From the human T2T-CHM13v2.0 reference genome, Homo sapiens, in the NCBI RefSeq assembly GCF_009914755.1, contig NC_060944.1: a DNA stretch of 64,000 nucleotides; one strand, 5' to 3'. Below the pieces are notes generated by a model. It was given only the letters and a program-made list of their open reading frames with translations. It had not been told where the DNA came from and searched no databases. The position numbers and the translations under genes are program-made. Position 1 is the first letter of the stretch. Every line of letters starts with the position of its first letter. Below are positions 1 through 34,341 of the stretch, in pieces.

Positions 1-390
1 TGGGGTGGGGTGGGGGTGGATTGTGCACATGTCACAGAGCTTGGCACAGGGCAGGTGCCCAGGAAACGTGACCAGCTTCTTCTGCAGTCAGTAAACCCTG
101 CCACCCTCTGACCACCTCAGATTTCCCAGAAGAGGGATGATTCCTCCAGCCAACCTTTACTGAGCACTCTCAGAGCTAGAGCTATGTAGTTATGCCCACG
201 CATAATAAAATAGAGAGGATGCAGGGGCATCCAGGACCTTCTCCACATTGAGAAAAGAAGATGGTAGGACACCCACCCAAAGCCTCAGTAACTATTCCAG
301 GAATCCTGCCCTGATTCCCCAAGAAAGGCGCCCAGCTCCTATCATCTGCCAAGATCACGGGACCATAGGAGGCACGCTTTTCTCTTGCAG

Positions 391-8045
<7,655 letters not shown>

Positions 8046-8538
8046 TTTCTGTTCTGTGGGTTATAAATTTGGGAGTGGCTTAACTAGGCAGATGTGGTTC
8101 CGGATATTTCAGTCAAATTCTCAGCTAGGGCTACAATTATTGGAAGGTCTGACTGGGACTGAAAGATCTGCTCTCAACATGGCTCACACGTGACTGTTGG
8201 CAGGAGGCTTCTGTTCCTTGCTGGCTATTGATAGGGGACCTTGGTTACTCTCCATGTAGGCCTCTCCATAGAGCTGCTTGGGTGTCCTCACAACATGGCT
8301 GCTGGTTTCCCCCAGAGCAAGTGATCTGAGAGGGAGAGCAAGGAGAAAGCCACAATGCCTATTATGACCTAGTCTCAGAAGTCACACTATCAGTTCCACC
8401 ACTTTTACTCATAGAACTGAGTCACTAAGTCTAGCTCACACTGGAAGGGAAGGGATTTAGGCTTCACTTCTTGAAGGGAGGGTTACCAAAGAATTTGTGG
8501 ACATATTTTAACAGAAAATTTTCTAATTCAAATAATTA

Positions 8539-8904
<366 letters not shown>

Positions 8905-9484
8905 TTATCCAGAGAAATATAACTGGTGTCCTGCTGATATTACCCTAGTTTGGCTACGCATTCCTAACTGGAGAGAAATGGAGCAGATGCTGGATTTTAT
9001 CTGTTGGAAGCTATTTTTGTAGGCTGATCCTTTCACTTCTAATAACCTCAACTTCCATTTCTATTTCCTAAGAGCTCCATAGTACACAGAATCACGTAAG
9101 TAGGAAGACACTTTAGATGAAGAAGATCAAAGGGGATACCTGGTCTCCCACTGACTTGCACACTCGCAGAAACTAAGGGGAGGGGCTGATGCACCAGCCA
9201 GTAAGGTGATCTGGGCAGGTTACCAATAGCACTCACTATGGTGGTAACGCTCAGCTCAGTAAAGTCACTTCAGACGTGCTCTGAAGTGGGTGGGTAGAGA
9301 CCCACCCAAAGCTGGAGCACCAAGTTCCTCATGCTCAATAATGGACAATAAAAAATAAACCCGCCATGCAGAAAGAGACATGTATTTCTCTTGACCTTGG
9401 CAGAAAGTAGAGGAGAAAAAGTCTCCATTGAGAAGTTCTAGCCACAAGGCAGCTCTCACAGAGAGGCTCTAAATTCATATGCTA

Positions 9485-9924
9485 CAGTTGACCCTTGAAC
9501 AACAATGGGTCTAGGAGTGCTGACCCCCCTGCAGTCAAAAACCCATGTATAGCTTTTGACTTCCCCAGAAGTTAACTAATGGTAGTCTGCTGTTGAATGG
9601 AAGTTTTACTGATAACATAAAGTCAGTTAACACAAATTTTATATGTTACATGTATTAATACTGTATTCTTGCAATAGAATAAGCTAGCTAGGAAAAAATG
9701 TTATTAAGAAGATCATGAAGAAGAGAAAATATATTTAATATTCATTAAGCAAAAGTGGATCATCGTAAGTCTTCATCCTTGTCATCTTCATGCTGAGTAG
9801 GCTGAGGAGGAGGAGGAGGAAGAAAAGGGGTCGGTCTTGCTGTCTTAGGGGTGGCAGAGATGGAAGAAAATCACATATAAGTGGATCTGTGAAGTTCAAA
9901 CCCATGTTGTTCAAGGGTCAACTG
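9485..9924. mobile_element. Tigger2a/MER28-type non-autonomous DNA transposon
   Basis: Perfect 20-bp TIRs cagttgacccttgaacaaca / tgttgttcaagggtcaactg, flanked by TA on both sides; 440 bp. Confidence 0.85.
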
Positions 9925-10047
9925 TATCTGTATGTTCCAAAAAACTCAAATGAAAATTTTAATTTATTTTTTTCAAGACTTTCAGGCCAGGCGTGATGGC
10001 TCACACCTGTAATCCCAGCACTTTGGAAGGCCAAGACGGGTGGATCA

Positions 10048-10263
<216 letters not shown>

Positions 10264-11532
10264 TCAGAAAAGAAAAAAAAAAGTGGCATTAGGTTGATAG
10301 TGCCTCCAAAACAGGAAGAAAAAAGGCAAATAAACAAAAATAGCACAACAAATAAAATATAAAGCACATAAGATGAAAGAAATAAACCAAAATATATCAG
10401 GAATCAAAATAAATGCAAATGGACTAAACTTCTAGATAGAAGGCAAAGACTATCTGATGGAGATTTTAAAATCCTATAAGCTGTTCCCAAGAGATGACTT
10501 TAAAACTAAGGATAGAGGCCAGGCATGGTGGCTCATGCCTGTAATCCTAGCATTTTGGAGGCTGAGGCAAGTGGATCGCTTGAGCCCAGGAGTTCGAGAC
10601 CAGCCTGGGCAAAATGGTGATACCCCATTTCTACAAAAAATACAAAAATTAGCCAGTGCATGCCTGTAGTTCCAACTACTTGGAAGGCTGAGATGGAAAG
10701 GATCGCTTGAGCCCAGGAGTCAGAGGTTGCAGTGAGCCGAGACCACACCACTGCACTACAGCCTGGGTTACAGAGTGAGGGACCCTGTCTCAAAAACAAA
10801 AATAAGATAGGAACTTTATCCCTTTTGATTCCTAGGGAATAAAAACTGAAGTATAATTTTCAATGGCAAAATCACCAGGTGTGTGAGTACCATCAAATAT
10901 TCTAAGCAGGTTTGTTTATAGAGTGTGAGGATTGCTATTAAAGACAACTGTCTGCAGTGTTGTGCCAGATACTTTATCTTTCAATATAGTATTAGTTTGA
11001 AAAACATGAAGAAAGGCCCAAGGTCATAGTTGGGGTAGATGTGGTATATAGAGCATACAGATAACTCTATCACTGAACCGCGTCTGGAAAATGGGCTATA
11101 TAAAACCAACCTCCAAATTTGTCTGTGAAGATTCAACAAGTTGATGGAAGTAAGACTGTAATGTGCCAAGCATTATGCTAAGTACTCAATAAATAACAGA
11201 TACCATCACAGGCATGGATAAGATCTAACATCCTTGGGCTCAGGGGATAAACACAACAGTATCTTGTGCTCTATAATCCTAATCAATGGCCAGGCTTCAG
11301 AAGCTGCCAGGTCATCACTGCCAAAAAAAGACAAGGAATGCTGGGCTAAACCACCTTCCCAAGGTACTTTTCATTCTCCTGTGTCTTTATAAAGAAATGC
11401 TGCATATACATGTAACTCACTGCCAAAGAATATTGTAGGGTTTCTTTCCACTTTTGAGAAAAGAGCCCAGAAATTGCTAGAAAGCCTTTTAAATTTTATG
11501 AGAATTTTCTCACTCACAAAAGGAGTATAAAG

Positions 11533-11551
11533 TGCCGCCCTCTTGTGGTAG
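11533..11551 (-). promoter_or_regulatory. Candidate CTCF site
   Basis: Reverse complement CTACCACAAGAGGGCGGCA fits the CCASYAGRKGGCRS core. Motif only; binding is not shown. Confidence 0.5.
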
Positions 11552-11600
11552 TCTCATGAAATTTCCTTTCCCGAAGCTCTCCCAAGGTACTGAATTTATT

Positions 11601-11635
<35 letters not shown>

Positions 11636-11642
11636 TTTTTGA

Positions 11643-11857
<215 letters not shown>

Positions 11858-12632
11858 TGATCCACCCACCTCGGCCTCCCAAAGTGCTGGGATTACAGGC
11901 GTGAGCCACCGTGCATGGCCTGGCACTGAAACTGAAATAGCACATTCCACTTCCATAGGTCCCCATTAGTGTTGCCAGAGTAAAAACCTTGGGCTAATGT
12001 ACACCAAAATGACACAGTTAGCCATAGGCTGGGCTAAATGAAAAAGGTCAGATGATATAGTATATGGTTCTTCCCAATGGGTGAACAGTCTTATGGACAG
12101 AGAAAAAGAAATAGGCCCCACCTGCCACCTGGCTTTAATGTGGAACCTGGAGCACATCTGGGAAACTCATGGCTCCCACTCAGACCTGCTGTCCCTGCAG
12201 GACATTTGCTCAGTGGGAGCCCTGTGAGCAATTTGTCCTCCATATCACCTCCAAATTAATCTCCAAACACTGCTTAATGGAAAAGCAAGAGTCTCATCAG
12301 ACCAAAACCACTCATCCTGACTTTCATTCAAGGTTTCTTACATTCTAGATCCTTCAGTCTTTTGTCCAACTACTGACCAGTTTGCATTTTACACCTCTAG
12401 CAGGTTCTTCTCTTGTTTCTGGCTTTTGCTTCCACTCTCTTTCCATCCTCCATCTCTAAATGACCTACACACTCTTCTATGAATAGCTAAATCCCTTCTT
12501 GCCATGAAGTCTACCTCAGGAACACTGGGCCAAATTGTCTTCCTGTCAGCTTGCATACAACTGCATCTTAGCACCTGATTATATTCAGTCTCCCAGGATT
12601 GCAAAGTCTCTGAAGTCAGGGGTCACAGGTTA

Positions 12633-12770
12633 GTACAAGTTGAGTATCCCTTATCCAAAATGCTTGCAACCAGAAGTGTTTTGGATTTCAAATTCTTTTT
12701 CAGATTTTAGAATATTTGCATAATACTTACCAGGTTGAGCATCCCTAATTCGAAAATCCAAAATCTAGAA
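12633..12770. mobile_element. Tigger4/Zombi (MER46-like) fragment, followed by an old L1 fragment
   Basis: tacaagttgagtatcccttatccaaaatgctt and aggttgagcatccctaattcgaaaatccaaaatc motifs. Confidence 0.6.
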
Positions 12771-12871
12771 CATATAAGGAGCTCAAACAACTCTTTAAGG
12801 AAAAAACATAATAATCCAATTTAAAAATAGGCAAAAGATCTGAATAGACATTTCTCAAAATAAGATATACA

Positions 12872-14092
<1,221 letters not shown>

Positions 14093-17000
14093 GAGGTTTC
14101 GGTAGCTTCTATGCAAGGTGATAACTACAGAGAACTGAGACTCAACTGAAAATAGGTGATAAAACATTTTGTTGTGCTATTTATTAATTAAAGGACAAAA
14201 GAGCAAGATGAAAGACCACTAATATTTTTTGAGCTCCCACTACATGCCAGGTACCACACCATTGTCACACCTGGCCCACAGGAGATCTTCAATAAATGTT
14301 TGTTAAAGGGATGAATGAAACCCCAACCTTCATTCTGCAAAGGAAATGAAAGCTCAGGAAGATTCAGTGATTAAGATCACATTGTAAGTACTGGCAGAGC
14401 TGGGGCTTGAACCCAGGTGAGCTGACCGATTCAAATTTACTGCTGCTTAACAACTCACCCTTACATTTAGTGGCTGAAAACCGCAATGTACTATTTGTCA
14501 CAATCAGGGTAGACAAGATGCAGATGGTGGTTCTGCTGGTCTTGTTTGGGGCCTTACATGGCTGCACTGAGATGGTGACAGGGGCTGGGACACACAGGAT
14601 GGCTTCACCCACACATCTATCTTGGCCATTTTTGGAAACTAACTACCATAGGTGGTATTTCATGACCCTGTAAGCACCCACAAATTGCACCTGGTTGGAT
14701 ATTCTGCCTTAGAAAGATCATTCTGGCAGTAGAAAGTGCCTTGAAGGGGAAACCAAAGGTTTTGTAAAAAGTCTACTTTGGTGGTGAAGACCTGAGCCTA
14801 GACAGGAGCAGTGCACCCAGCAAACAGTCCAAGGGGAAGGCAAAGATGGTCTACTCCACCACAGGTTGCAGAGATGCCCCCTGGATAACTGGAAAACAGT
14901 GTCAAGGATAACAGGAGTCCTGTGTTATCCCACTAGAGTCAGACTACAAGTATCAGGGTGAGATATTTTATTGAAGGGATGGAGATGAGAAAACCGAAGG
15001 AAACCTTTTAGTGTTCATACCACATCCATATCTGATCACAAGCGTTGGTTATCTCACCAGCAGAAGCACTTTTCTTCAGCCATCTCTCTAAGTCAGCAAA
15101 CTACTTCATGACAGCTCCTTTGTAACCAGAGGACCCAAATTTTTCCAGAGTACGACTGGTTACCTTTTGGCTCATTGATTGACCCTCAGGTTTTTTATAT
15201 TCTGACTTAACACACAAAAGTGTGTTTATATAGTTACATATATATGTATATATGAAAAATATTTGTGTACATATTTCTATATATGTATGTAGAGCTGAGA
15301 CAAAAGTTTTACAATGAACAGCACCTTACTCTATGCAACACACTCTTATTTCTATTCGCTTTAATCCTTTTTCTTTTTCTTTTTTTTTTTTTGACAGAGC
15401 CTTGCTCTGTTGCCCAGGCTAGAGTGCAGCCTCTGCCTCCCGGGTTCAAGCGATTCTCCTTCCTCAGCCTCCCGAGTAGCTGGGATTACAGACATGCTCC
15501 ACCACGTCCAGCTAATTTTTTTATTTTTTGGTAGAGACGGGGTTTCACCATGTTGGCCAGGCTGGTCTCGAACTCCTGATCTTAAGTGATCCGCCTGCCT
15601 CGGCCTCCTAAAGTGCTAGATTATAGCCCACCCAATCCTATTTTTTTAAATGCTGTCCATTAATGCATTCTGACTTCTTGCTTGAAAACCCCTGGTTTAG
15701 TGGATAAGCACCTGTAACTCCAGGAAGATTCAGGATTAAGGGCAGAAATAATGAAGTAAATTGAAGTATTAGCATTAGTATTTTCCATTACATTTTGGAA
15801 TCGTCTATTTTGATGTATTCATGACGGTTAAAATAATTTAACATGCTAATGTATGGATTAACTTGGCAATTCCATTTTAAAATATTAAATGGAATAACGA
15901 TTCTGACTCGTAAGTAGACATGTGTAACAGAATTCAACCACATCTGTAAACCATATTGAAATTATGAGAGTAAGATTTACCAACCATATTTTTTAGGTTT
16001 GACATATTAGATTTGTGAGTGAACTACGTACTTGGATTTTGTCAAGTAACTCAATCGCTTAACAAAATAACAATTAAATGTATAAATGCAGTTTATAGCT
16101 ATACATTATTTTTAAAAATCCCCTTCGAATGACTCTTTAAAATATACCAGGGGATACGCTACTTAAGTATAACTAGGTTTTGGATTTATAACGTTAATAT
16201 TAATTATTAAAGCAAAACTCATTTCTAAAGAGTCGCCTGAGTGCCCAAAAGACGCCCTCAAGGACAGGGAAGCAGCTGCGATTCACTCAGCGATCACCAG
16301 CGCCCAGAATTCAGGGCCGCCCAAGCGGAGGAGCAACACGTGGCCCAGCAAAAGGAGCTGGGTCCCGTGCAGCACAGCAACAAGAAACTGGCCTAGGAAG
16401 ACGCTGGAGCGTCTTTCTTTCGCACGTTACTGCCTGCTACAGTCATTTAAAAAAAAAAAACCAAAAACAAAAAAAAGAAATAAATTAGTAGTACGAAGAA
16501 AACTGCGCGAGCTCCATTCCCAGCAGGGTCTGCGCCAGAGCGCGCCAGGCACCGCTCCCGTTACGGGTGGGAGGAAAGGATGCACCGCCCACCCGGCGCC
16601 GGGGAGGCTCGTCCCCGAGTAGGGGACGGGAACGCCTGGGTCCCGGGGACGTGGGGCGCAGGGTCTGGGGCCCGAGGCCACGGACGAAGCGGGAAGCCGG
16701 CTAGGCAGCGGTCTCTGTCTGGGATGGACGCCGCGCCCCACGCGGACCTCCCGCCCCGACTTCACCCAGCTCTGCTGCCCGTAACTCATAAGACAAGAAC
16801 ATCAGGAACCGGACTATTACCCCGAAAGGGCCTTCCCAAGTCGTTTCGCCGCCTGCAGTGCCCGACCGGGGGCCGCGCGTCCCCGGCAACCACGCCCGCC
16901 CGCGCAGCTGCAGAGGCCGGAAAAGGCCTGCTCGCCCGCGCTCGGCGCCACCCAGCCCGCGCTCCGGGCGATACCACCCTGGGCGGCCCCTCCAAAGGCC

Positions 17001-17121
17001 GGAGATGGTGTCGTCCCCGGCCTCCGATTGGTCGGGGGGGCGGGGGCGGGGCCTCTGGCGCCTGGTTCCGCGCGCCGGAGCGCGCTAGCCGCATTGCGAG
17101 CCGAACCCGGGAGCTGGCGCC

Positions 17122-22761
<5,640 letters not shown>

Positions 22762-22839
22762 AATGCAAATGGACATTCTCTGGGAGGTGGGGCATACCAT
22801 AGCCCAAGGTGACATTTCCCACCCTGTGCCGTGTTCCCC

Positions 22840-22845
22840 AATAAA
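22840..22845 (+). terminator. NOP56: NOP56 polyadenylation signal AATAAA
   Basis: Starts 79 nt after the stop codon and is followed by a GT/T-rich element at 22861-22880. Confidence 0.88.
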
Positions 22846-22874
22846 AACAAATTCACAAGAGTTGGTTCATGTTC

Positions 22875-22880
22875 TTTATT
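22875..22880 (-). terminator. IDH3B: IDH3B polyadenylation signal (AATAAA on the minus strand)
   Basis: tttatt on +. It is the first canonical hexamer downstream of both IDH3B stop codons. Confidence 0.88.
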
Positions 22881-22908
22881 GAACACCTTACATGGGTATG
22901 GACAGGGC

Positions 22909-22989
22909 CTATGGGTGGGGCAAGGCAGCAATGACAGCCTCAGTGAAGTCATGGCAAGTAGCATAGCCACCCATGTCAGAGGTTCGAAC
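22909..22989 (-). CDS. IDH3B: IDH3B alternative terminal coding exon (383-aa isoform, VRTSDMGGYATCHDFTEAVIAALPHP*)
   Basis: Acceptor ctcccccacag| in phase 0. 1071+81 = 1152 nt. Paralogous to the 23304-23218 exon. Confidence 0.9.
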   Translation of the reverse strand, partial: VRTSDMGGYATCHDFTEAVIAALPHP

Positions 22990-23217
22990 CTGTGGGGGAG
23001 AATCATCATCATCCATGTGGCCTGGGCTCCATCCTAACAATCCCCATCACCACCCAACAGTCTGTCCCCTAAGGAAGCCGGCCCAAGGACAACCTAGGCT
23101 CTACCCAGCAAGGTGACCATGGTCCACTGCTTAGAGGCACAAGGTCTCTTCCCTGGTACACTGCACTGAAGGGTATGGGGAGTGTGGTCCTTGCAAGGTT
23201 GGAAGAAATAAAGGGCT

Positions 23218-28659
<5,442 letters not shown>

Positions 28660-28669
<10 letters not shown>

Positions 28670-28900
28670 GTTTCCCGCAGGAAGTCGCGTGGGAAGTGAC
28701 GCCTGAAGCTGGCGCGGCCCCGTACCCCGACTTCCGGCCTGTACTGAGTTCCTGGTATTTCTCTCTCTGCGCCAACCAGCACTGCTTGCTCACGCCTGTT
28801 TCTCCTTTTTCTTGCCGGTGGGGAGGTCATGGGATGCGCAAGCACTTTGTCTCTTGCTTTGTTTTCAGTCGCCATATTTAATCTACGTCGAAACTTCAAA
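28660..28900 (-). promoter_or_regulatory. IDH3B: IDH3B promoter: ETS/GABP-type GGAAGT motifs (28680, 28692; inverted ACTTCCGG at 28730) and YY1-type CGCCATNTT motifs (overlapping the ATG, and ~28870)
   Basis: Motifs read directly in CpG-rich sequence. This combination is typical of nuclear genes for mitochondrial proteins. Confidence 0.65.
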
Positions 28901-29546
28901 ATAACATTAGGGGGAAAAATGTAGCGTCATGTTTATCAGACGAGGACCTGAGCTTAACAAGCGATTGAGAGAAAATCCTTGGGAAGCTGTTAAAATTTGT
29001 GTGTCAATGCGTTTGTTATTCTTTTAACCAGTAGTCACTGAATACCTGTATGTCAGGCTCTCGAGGAATACAGTACAGACATGGGAGGTGTGTGTCAGGT
29101 TTCTCCGCCAGTCTCCGAGAGTGCCCAGGACCTCTGTATTACCCGTCGCCTCGTAGTTTTTTCTTACAGGGTTTTGTTCTTTGCTCTGACAGTTATTTCC
29201 CTAATAGTGTGTCCCGGACTTGAACTCCCCAGGACAGGCCCATAACTAGTGTCAGAAATGAGTTCAAGCGTGTAAGTGTGACTAAAGGGAATTTCAGACT
29301 GATCCTTAAAGTAACAATCATAAAAACTAAAAAAAGCCTGGACAACATAGGGAGACCTCGACTCTACAAAAAATTTAAAAATTAGCCAGGCGTGGTGACA
29401 CACCTGTAGTCCCAGCTACTTAGGAGGCTGAGGTGGGAGGATCACTTAAGCCCGGGAGGTGGAAGCCGTAGTGAGCCGTGATGGCACCACTGCACTCCAG
29501 CCTGGGAGACGGGGCGAGACCCGTCTCAAAACAATTCCAGTCACGA

Positions 29547-29843
29547 TTTTTTTTTTTTTTTTTTTTGAGACAGAGTCTCGCTCTGTCGCCCAGGCTGGAG
29601 TGCGGTGGTGCGATCTCGGCTCACTGCAAGCTCCGCCTCCTGGGTTCACCCCATTCTCCTGCCTCAGCCTCCCGAGTAGCGCCCGCCATCACACCTGGCT
29701 AATTTTTTTTTTTTTTTTTTTTTTTTTTTGTATTTTTAGTGGAGACGGGGTTTCACCGTGGTCTCGATCTCCTGACGTCGTGATCCGCCCGCCTCGGCCT
29801 CCCAAAGTGCTGGGATTACAGGCGTGAGCCACCAAGCCCGGCC
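29547..29843 (-). mobile_element. AluY-class element with the 12-bp deletion of the AluYd lineage
   Basis: Reads GAGATCGAGACCA|CGGTGAAACCCC (TCCTGGCTAACA missing). TSD tccagtcacgatttt on both sides. Confidence 0.7.
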
Positions 29844-31917
29844 TCCAGTCACGATTTTAGGTGTGTACAATTGACACACCTAAAGACAAACTGGTACAGG
29901 AAGATTTGCCTCACCCGCTCTTCTGGAAGTATGGTTTTGGATCACCTATCCAGATGGACCAGAGCTCTTGTTAAAAGTGCAGGCTTGTGAGTCATACTTC
30001 ATTTGCTGAATCCAAATCTCAGTGATGGGGGCCCAGAAAATATATCTCTAACAGGCTCCCCGTTAATACACACTGAAATTTAAGAACCACTAGCTAGGTT
30101 CTCTGTGATAAGTTCCTCCTTCGTATATACCTCAACCAGCCAAAAAGGTGGCAACGCAAAGGCATTCCAAGTGCTTCTATTCTTGGGGAATATGCATAGG
30201 CTTTGTGCCTCCTCTGCAATCCTTTAGGTGCGACATTCTCCTATATAGTAGTAGGATGAGAAGATTAAACTAGGTAATGTGTAAGAGTTTTGAACAAATG
30301 AAAAGTACTGGGTAAATATAGAGCTGTTATTATAGCTAATATAATATTAGTATAACACACTCCTCTATTTCCATTCATATATCCCATGAAACCAACCAAA
30401 ACCAGAGAGCACCACCGTCTTGCTCCCATAGACTCCCTCGTCCCAGCTTCCACATCACTATTAATATTCGTCACTATTTTTCTTCTCCAAATATTTCTCC
30501 TTCTGACTAAGAAAAAAATGGAAGATTTATAACCTCTGCCTCCCGGGTTCAAGCGATTTTCCTGCCTCCGCCTCCCTGGTAGCTGGGATTACAGGCACGC
30601 GCCACCACACCCGGCTAATTTTTGTATTTTTATTAGAGACAGGGTTTCACCATGTTGGCCAGGCTGGTCTTGAGCTCCTGACCTCAGGTGATCTGCCACC
30701 CTCAGCCTCCCAAAGTGCTGGGATTACAGGCATGAGCCACCGCACCCCGCCAAATTTACTCTTTTTAAAAAACTACATTTTCTGTTACGTCAGGAAATGT
30801 GGGATAAGAAAGAAGAGAGATGTACCATCTTAATCCAATCTCTGATAATAATCTAATTTTCTTGAGGGTGACTACATCATTTCCATCCCTAAATTCTGCA
30901 CAGACTTGTTCCCCACCTAACACTCAAAAAATATCTGCTAACTGATAAAACACTAAGTGGCCATCACCAGGGTGAAAGGAACTGATGGAGGTTACCAGTG
31001 GACACAGGCCAAGGAGATGAGACCATTATTGTCTGAAGGCCACTGTGTTCTCCCCATGAACTCAGCAAGCTCTCCTGGCCTTCAAGTCCCCATGAGGGCA
31101 TCTTTGACCAATACTGCCTGATAATGGAGAAATCCTGTCAGGACCTTTGAAAAGTTTCTTAACCTATCTCCTGGGGGATGGGAGGGAGGTTATACCATCT
31201 TGTTCCCTTCTAACTGTTGTGGAGTCTCCTCTGCTTAGCACAAGAGGCTATAATGATGGATGAGCTGCCTACACTTGAGTGTTCAGTGTGAAGCTGAGTG
31301 ACTTGAATGTCTGCTTCCCAGGCCTGCAAATCCTCCAGCACAGGAGTCCTGACTTGGGATCTACAGAACCCCCTAGGTGTCCATGAATAGGAATCAGCAC
31401 TGTGAACCTGGATGGGGGAAAAACCAAAAATCACATCTTTATTCTCACTAACCTCTAACTGAAGTTTAGCATTTCCTTTCATTATGAATGCAGGTCACAG
31501 ATTACAGTGCTGCCTGTAGTACTCTTGACTTTGTCAATCATAAAAAGTATAGATATTTTCATACCACATTTTAGTTGTAGTAGATCTCTCAAAATATCAC
31601 TTACTTTAATCCTATTTTTACATTATTTGACCCAATGCTAGATTGTGTTATTTAATGAATTAATAAAGCAGCAAACATAGTAGTATGTTACAAGGTAGCT
31701 TTTATTCCTTTTCTCCTTTTAGAGAGATGGTTTCAGTCTGTTCCCCAGGCTAGGGTGTGATCACGGCTCACTGTAACCTCAAACTCCTGGGCTCAGGTGA
31801 TCCTCCCACCTCAGCCTCCCAAGTAGCTGGGACTACAGGCATGCGCCACCATGCCTAGCTAATTTTTAAATATTTTGTAGACATGAGGTCTTGCTATGTC
31901 GCCCAGGCTTGTCTTAA

Positions 31918-32142
<225 letters not shown>

Positions 32143-34191
32143 TAGTAGAGACAGGGTTTCACCGTGTTAGCCAGGATAGTCTCGATCTCTTGACCTCGTG
32201 ATCCACCCGCCTCGGCCTCCCAAAGTGCTGGGATTACAGGCAGGAGCCACTGCACCCGGCCTAAAAGCCTCTTCTAAGAAAGGTTCCACAGGCTTCACCA
32301 GCCTTCCAAAGAGGTCCACTGCACACAAAAGTTTCAGAATTTCTGGTGTATTAGGCCTACTGGATCTTTTTCTGAAACCATGAACAATCAAAAGAGTAAT
32401 ATAACCAATGACAATTCCTTGAAAATTAACGTCTGAAAAAGCTTCTTGGGAGAATTTGATCTGTGATTGAAAGGATAAACAGAATTACAGAGGAGAAGTG
32501 ATTACACTCAGGGAAAATGGAAATGTAAGCAAAGCTACTGTTTCAGATCAACTGCCCTAGAAGCAGAGCCCAAGACAGGGATTCTATGCAATTGACCTGT
32601 TGAAGGAGTGCTCTCAGGAGAAACACATCAGAAGGTGAATGAGCAGAATATGGAGGGGAAGGAGCTCAGCAAGATGTGGCCTCAGCCAGAGTCCACCTCA
32701 GCCCCATCTCCTGGGGAGCTCTGGAGCATTAGTGACAACTCAAGGTTGTCATGATTTGAGACAAGGCTTAACAACCCTGCTTTGCCCCTGCATGGCATAG
32801 GCCAGGGCCAATCCTTCAGAGAAGGGGGAAGCTTTGAGCCGTTAGTGGCAAATACCTGAAGCAACTGGGGGAATGGATACACCAGCTTGCCAAGAGGACC
32901 TGGCCAAGGCAGACACTACCTTGCGGAGGTGACAGTGAACATAGCGTGCTGACGAACAGTGAGGTGGGCAGATATATTTGAGGAGATGAGTTATAGTGAG
33001 GATTGGTGAGTAAGTAGGACTGGTGCATGTTCAAGGTCCGAGAGAAACAGAGAGAGTTTTGTGAGCAATACTAAGCACCCTGTTGAGGTTGGTGACCATG
33101 AAGTTTATTGTGGTGCAATTGTGTGTGATTTCACGGTGAGAGCAAACCAAAAGTGAGTTCATCCAAAAGTGATATTTTGCTAGAGAGTGGTACAAGGGAG
33201 TTGAGAGTGTTGGCAAAATGGGATCAGGAGGCAAGTGAAGACAGAAGAGATCTAATCAACAGGCAGCTGAGGAAAGAATCAAAGACCCCCCCAAAATATT
33301 CAAAGAGTAGTACTTGTGGGAGTTGTTGAGCAAGTAACATGGGAAGAGAGGACGCTGCTTCCACCAGTGGTTTTGGAGGTGGAGTAGATGCTGGTGATAA
33401 TGAAGTCCCAGATAGGAAATGGGAGTGGATGCCAAGGAGATCTCAAGGACCCTGCAGATGAGGACTCAAACCCACAATATTGATGAGGCATCCATGTCAC
33501 CATGGGAGTCAACGAGGATAGTGGCCTCAGCTGAGGCAGGGAAAAGCTGGGATCCAAGTGACATAGTCTTCTCTTGATAAGCAAGAGAGACCAGGAGATG
33601 AGAGATGGCAGAGAATGAGAGAGGTGATATCAGTTACCAGAAAGAGCCCCTAAAAGGCAACACTTCTTTTTTTCCATTAGTTTTAATATAGAATTTTGCT
33701 TTAGTACTTTTAATTAGATAACCCTCTTTTAAAAATATATATTTTTTAAAATATATTTTTTTCTTACCATACCAACTCACAGCCCCAATCTTTTTGCCCT
33801 AACCTCAGAATCAGTTAGTTGTCCGCTTTAAAACCCTTTTCTTACACACACACACACACACACACACAGAATATATAGTATTGTTTTTGGTGTATGAGTG
33901 TGTGCGTCGGAATAAATGGTTTCATACTCTATATACTTACTGTTTTATAATTTACCTTCTTCACTCAACACTGTATCTCAGATGTCTTAGAGATCTAAGA
34001 CACCATATCTTAGAGAATGAGCAGCCTCATTGTTTTATTCCGTAATATGAATTTACTAAATTTATTGGGCCTTTTTTTTTGAGACAGAGTCTTACTCTGT
34101 CACTCAGGCTGGAGTGCAATGGCACAAAATCGGCTCACTGCAAGCTCCGCCTCCTGGGTTCAAGTGATTCTCTTGCCTCACGCCCAGATAA

Positions 34192-34341
<150 letters not shown>

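Noticed and set aside
23207-23212. + strand AATAAA inside the IDH3B 3' UTR as a distal NOP56 poly(A) signal
   Set aside because: No convincing GU/U-rich downstream element, and a good proximal site exists.
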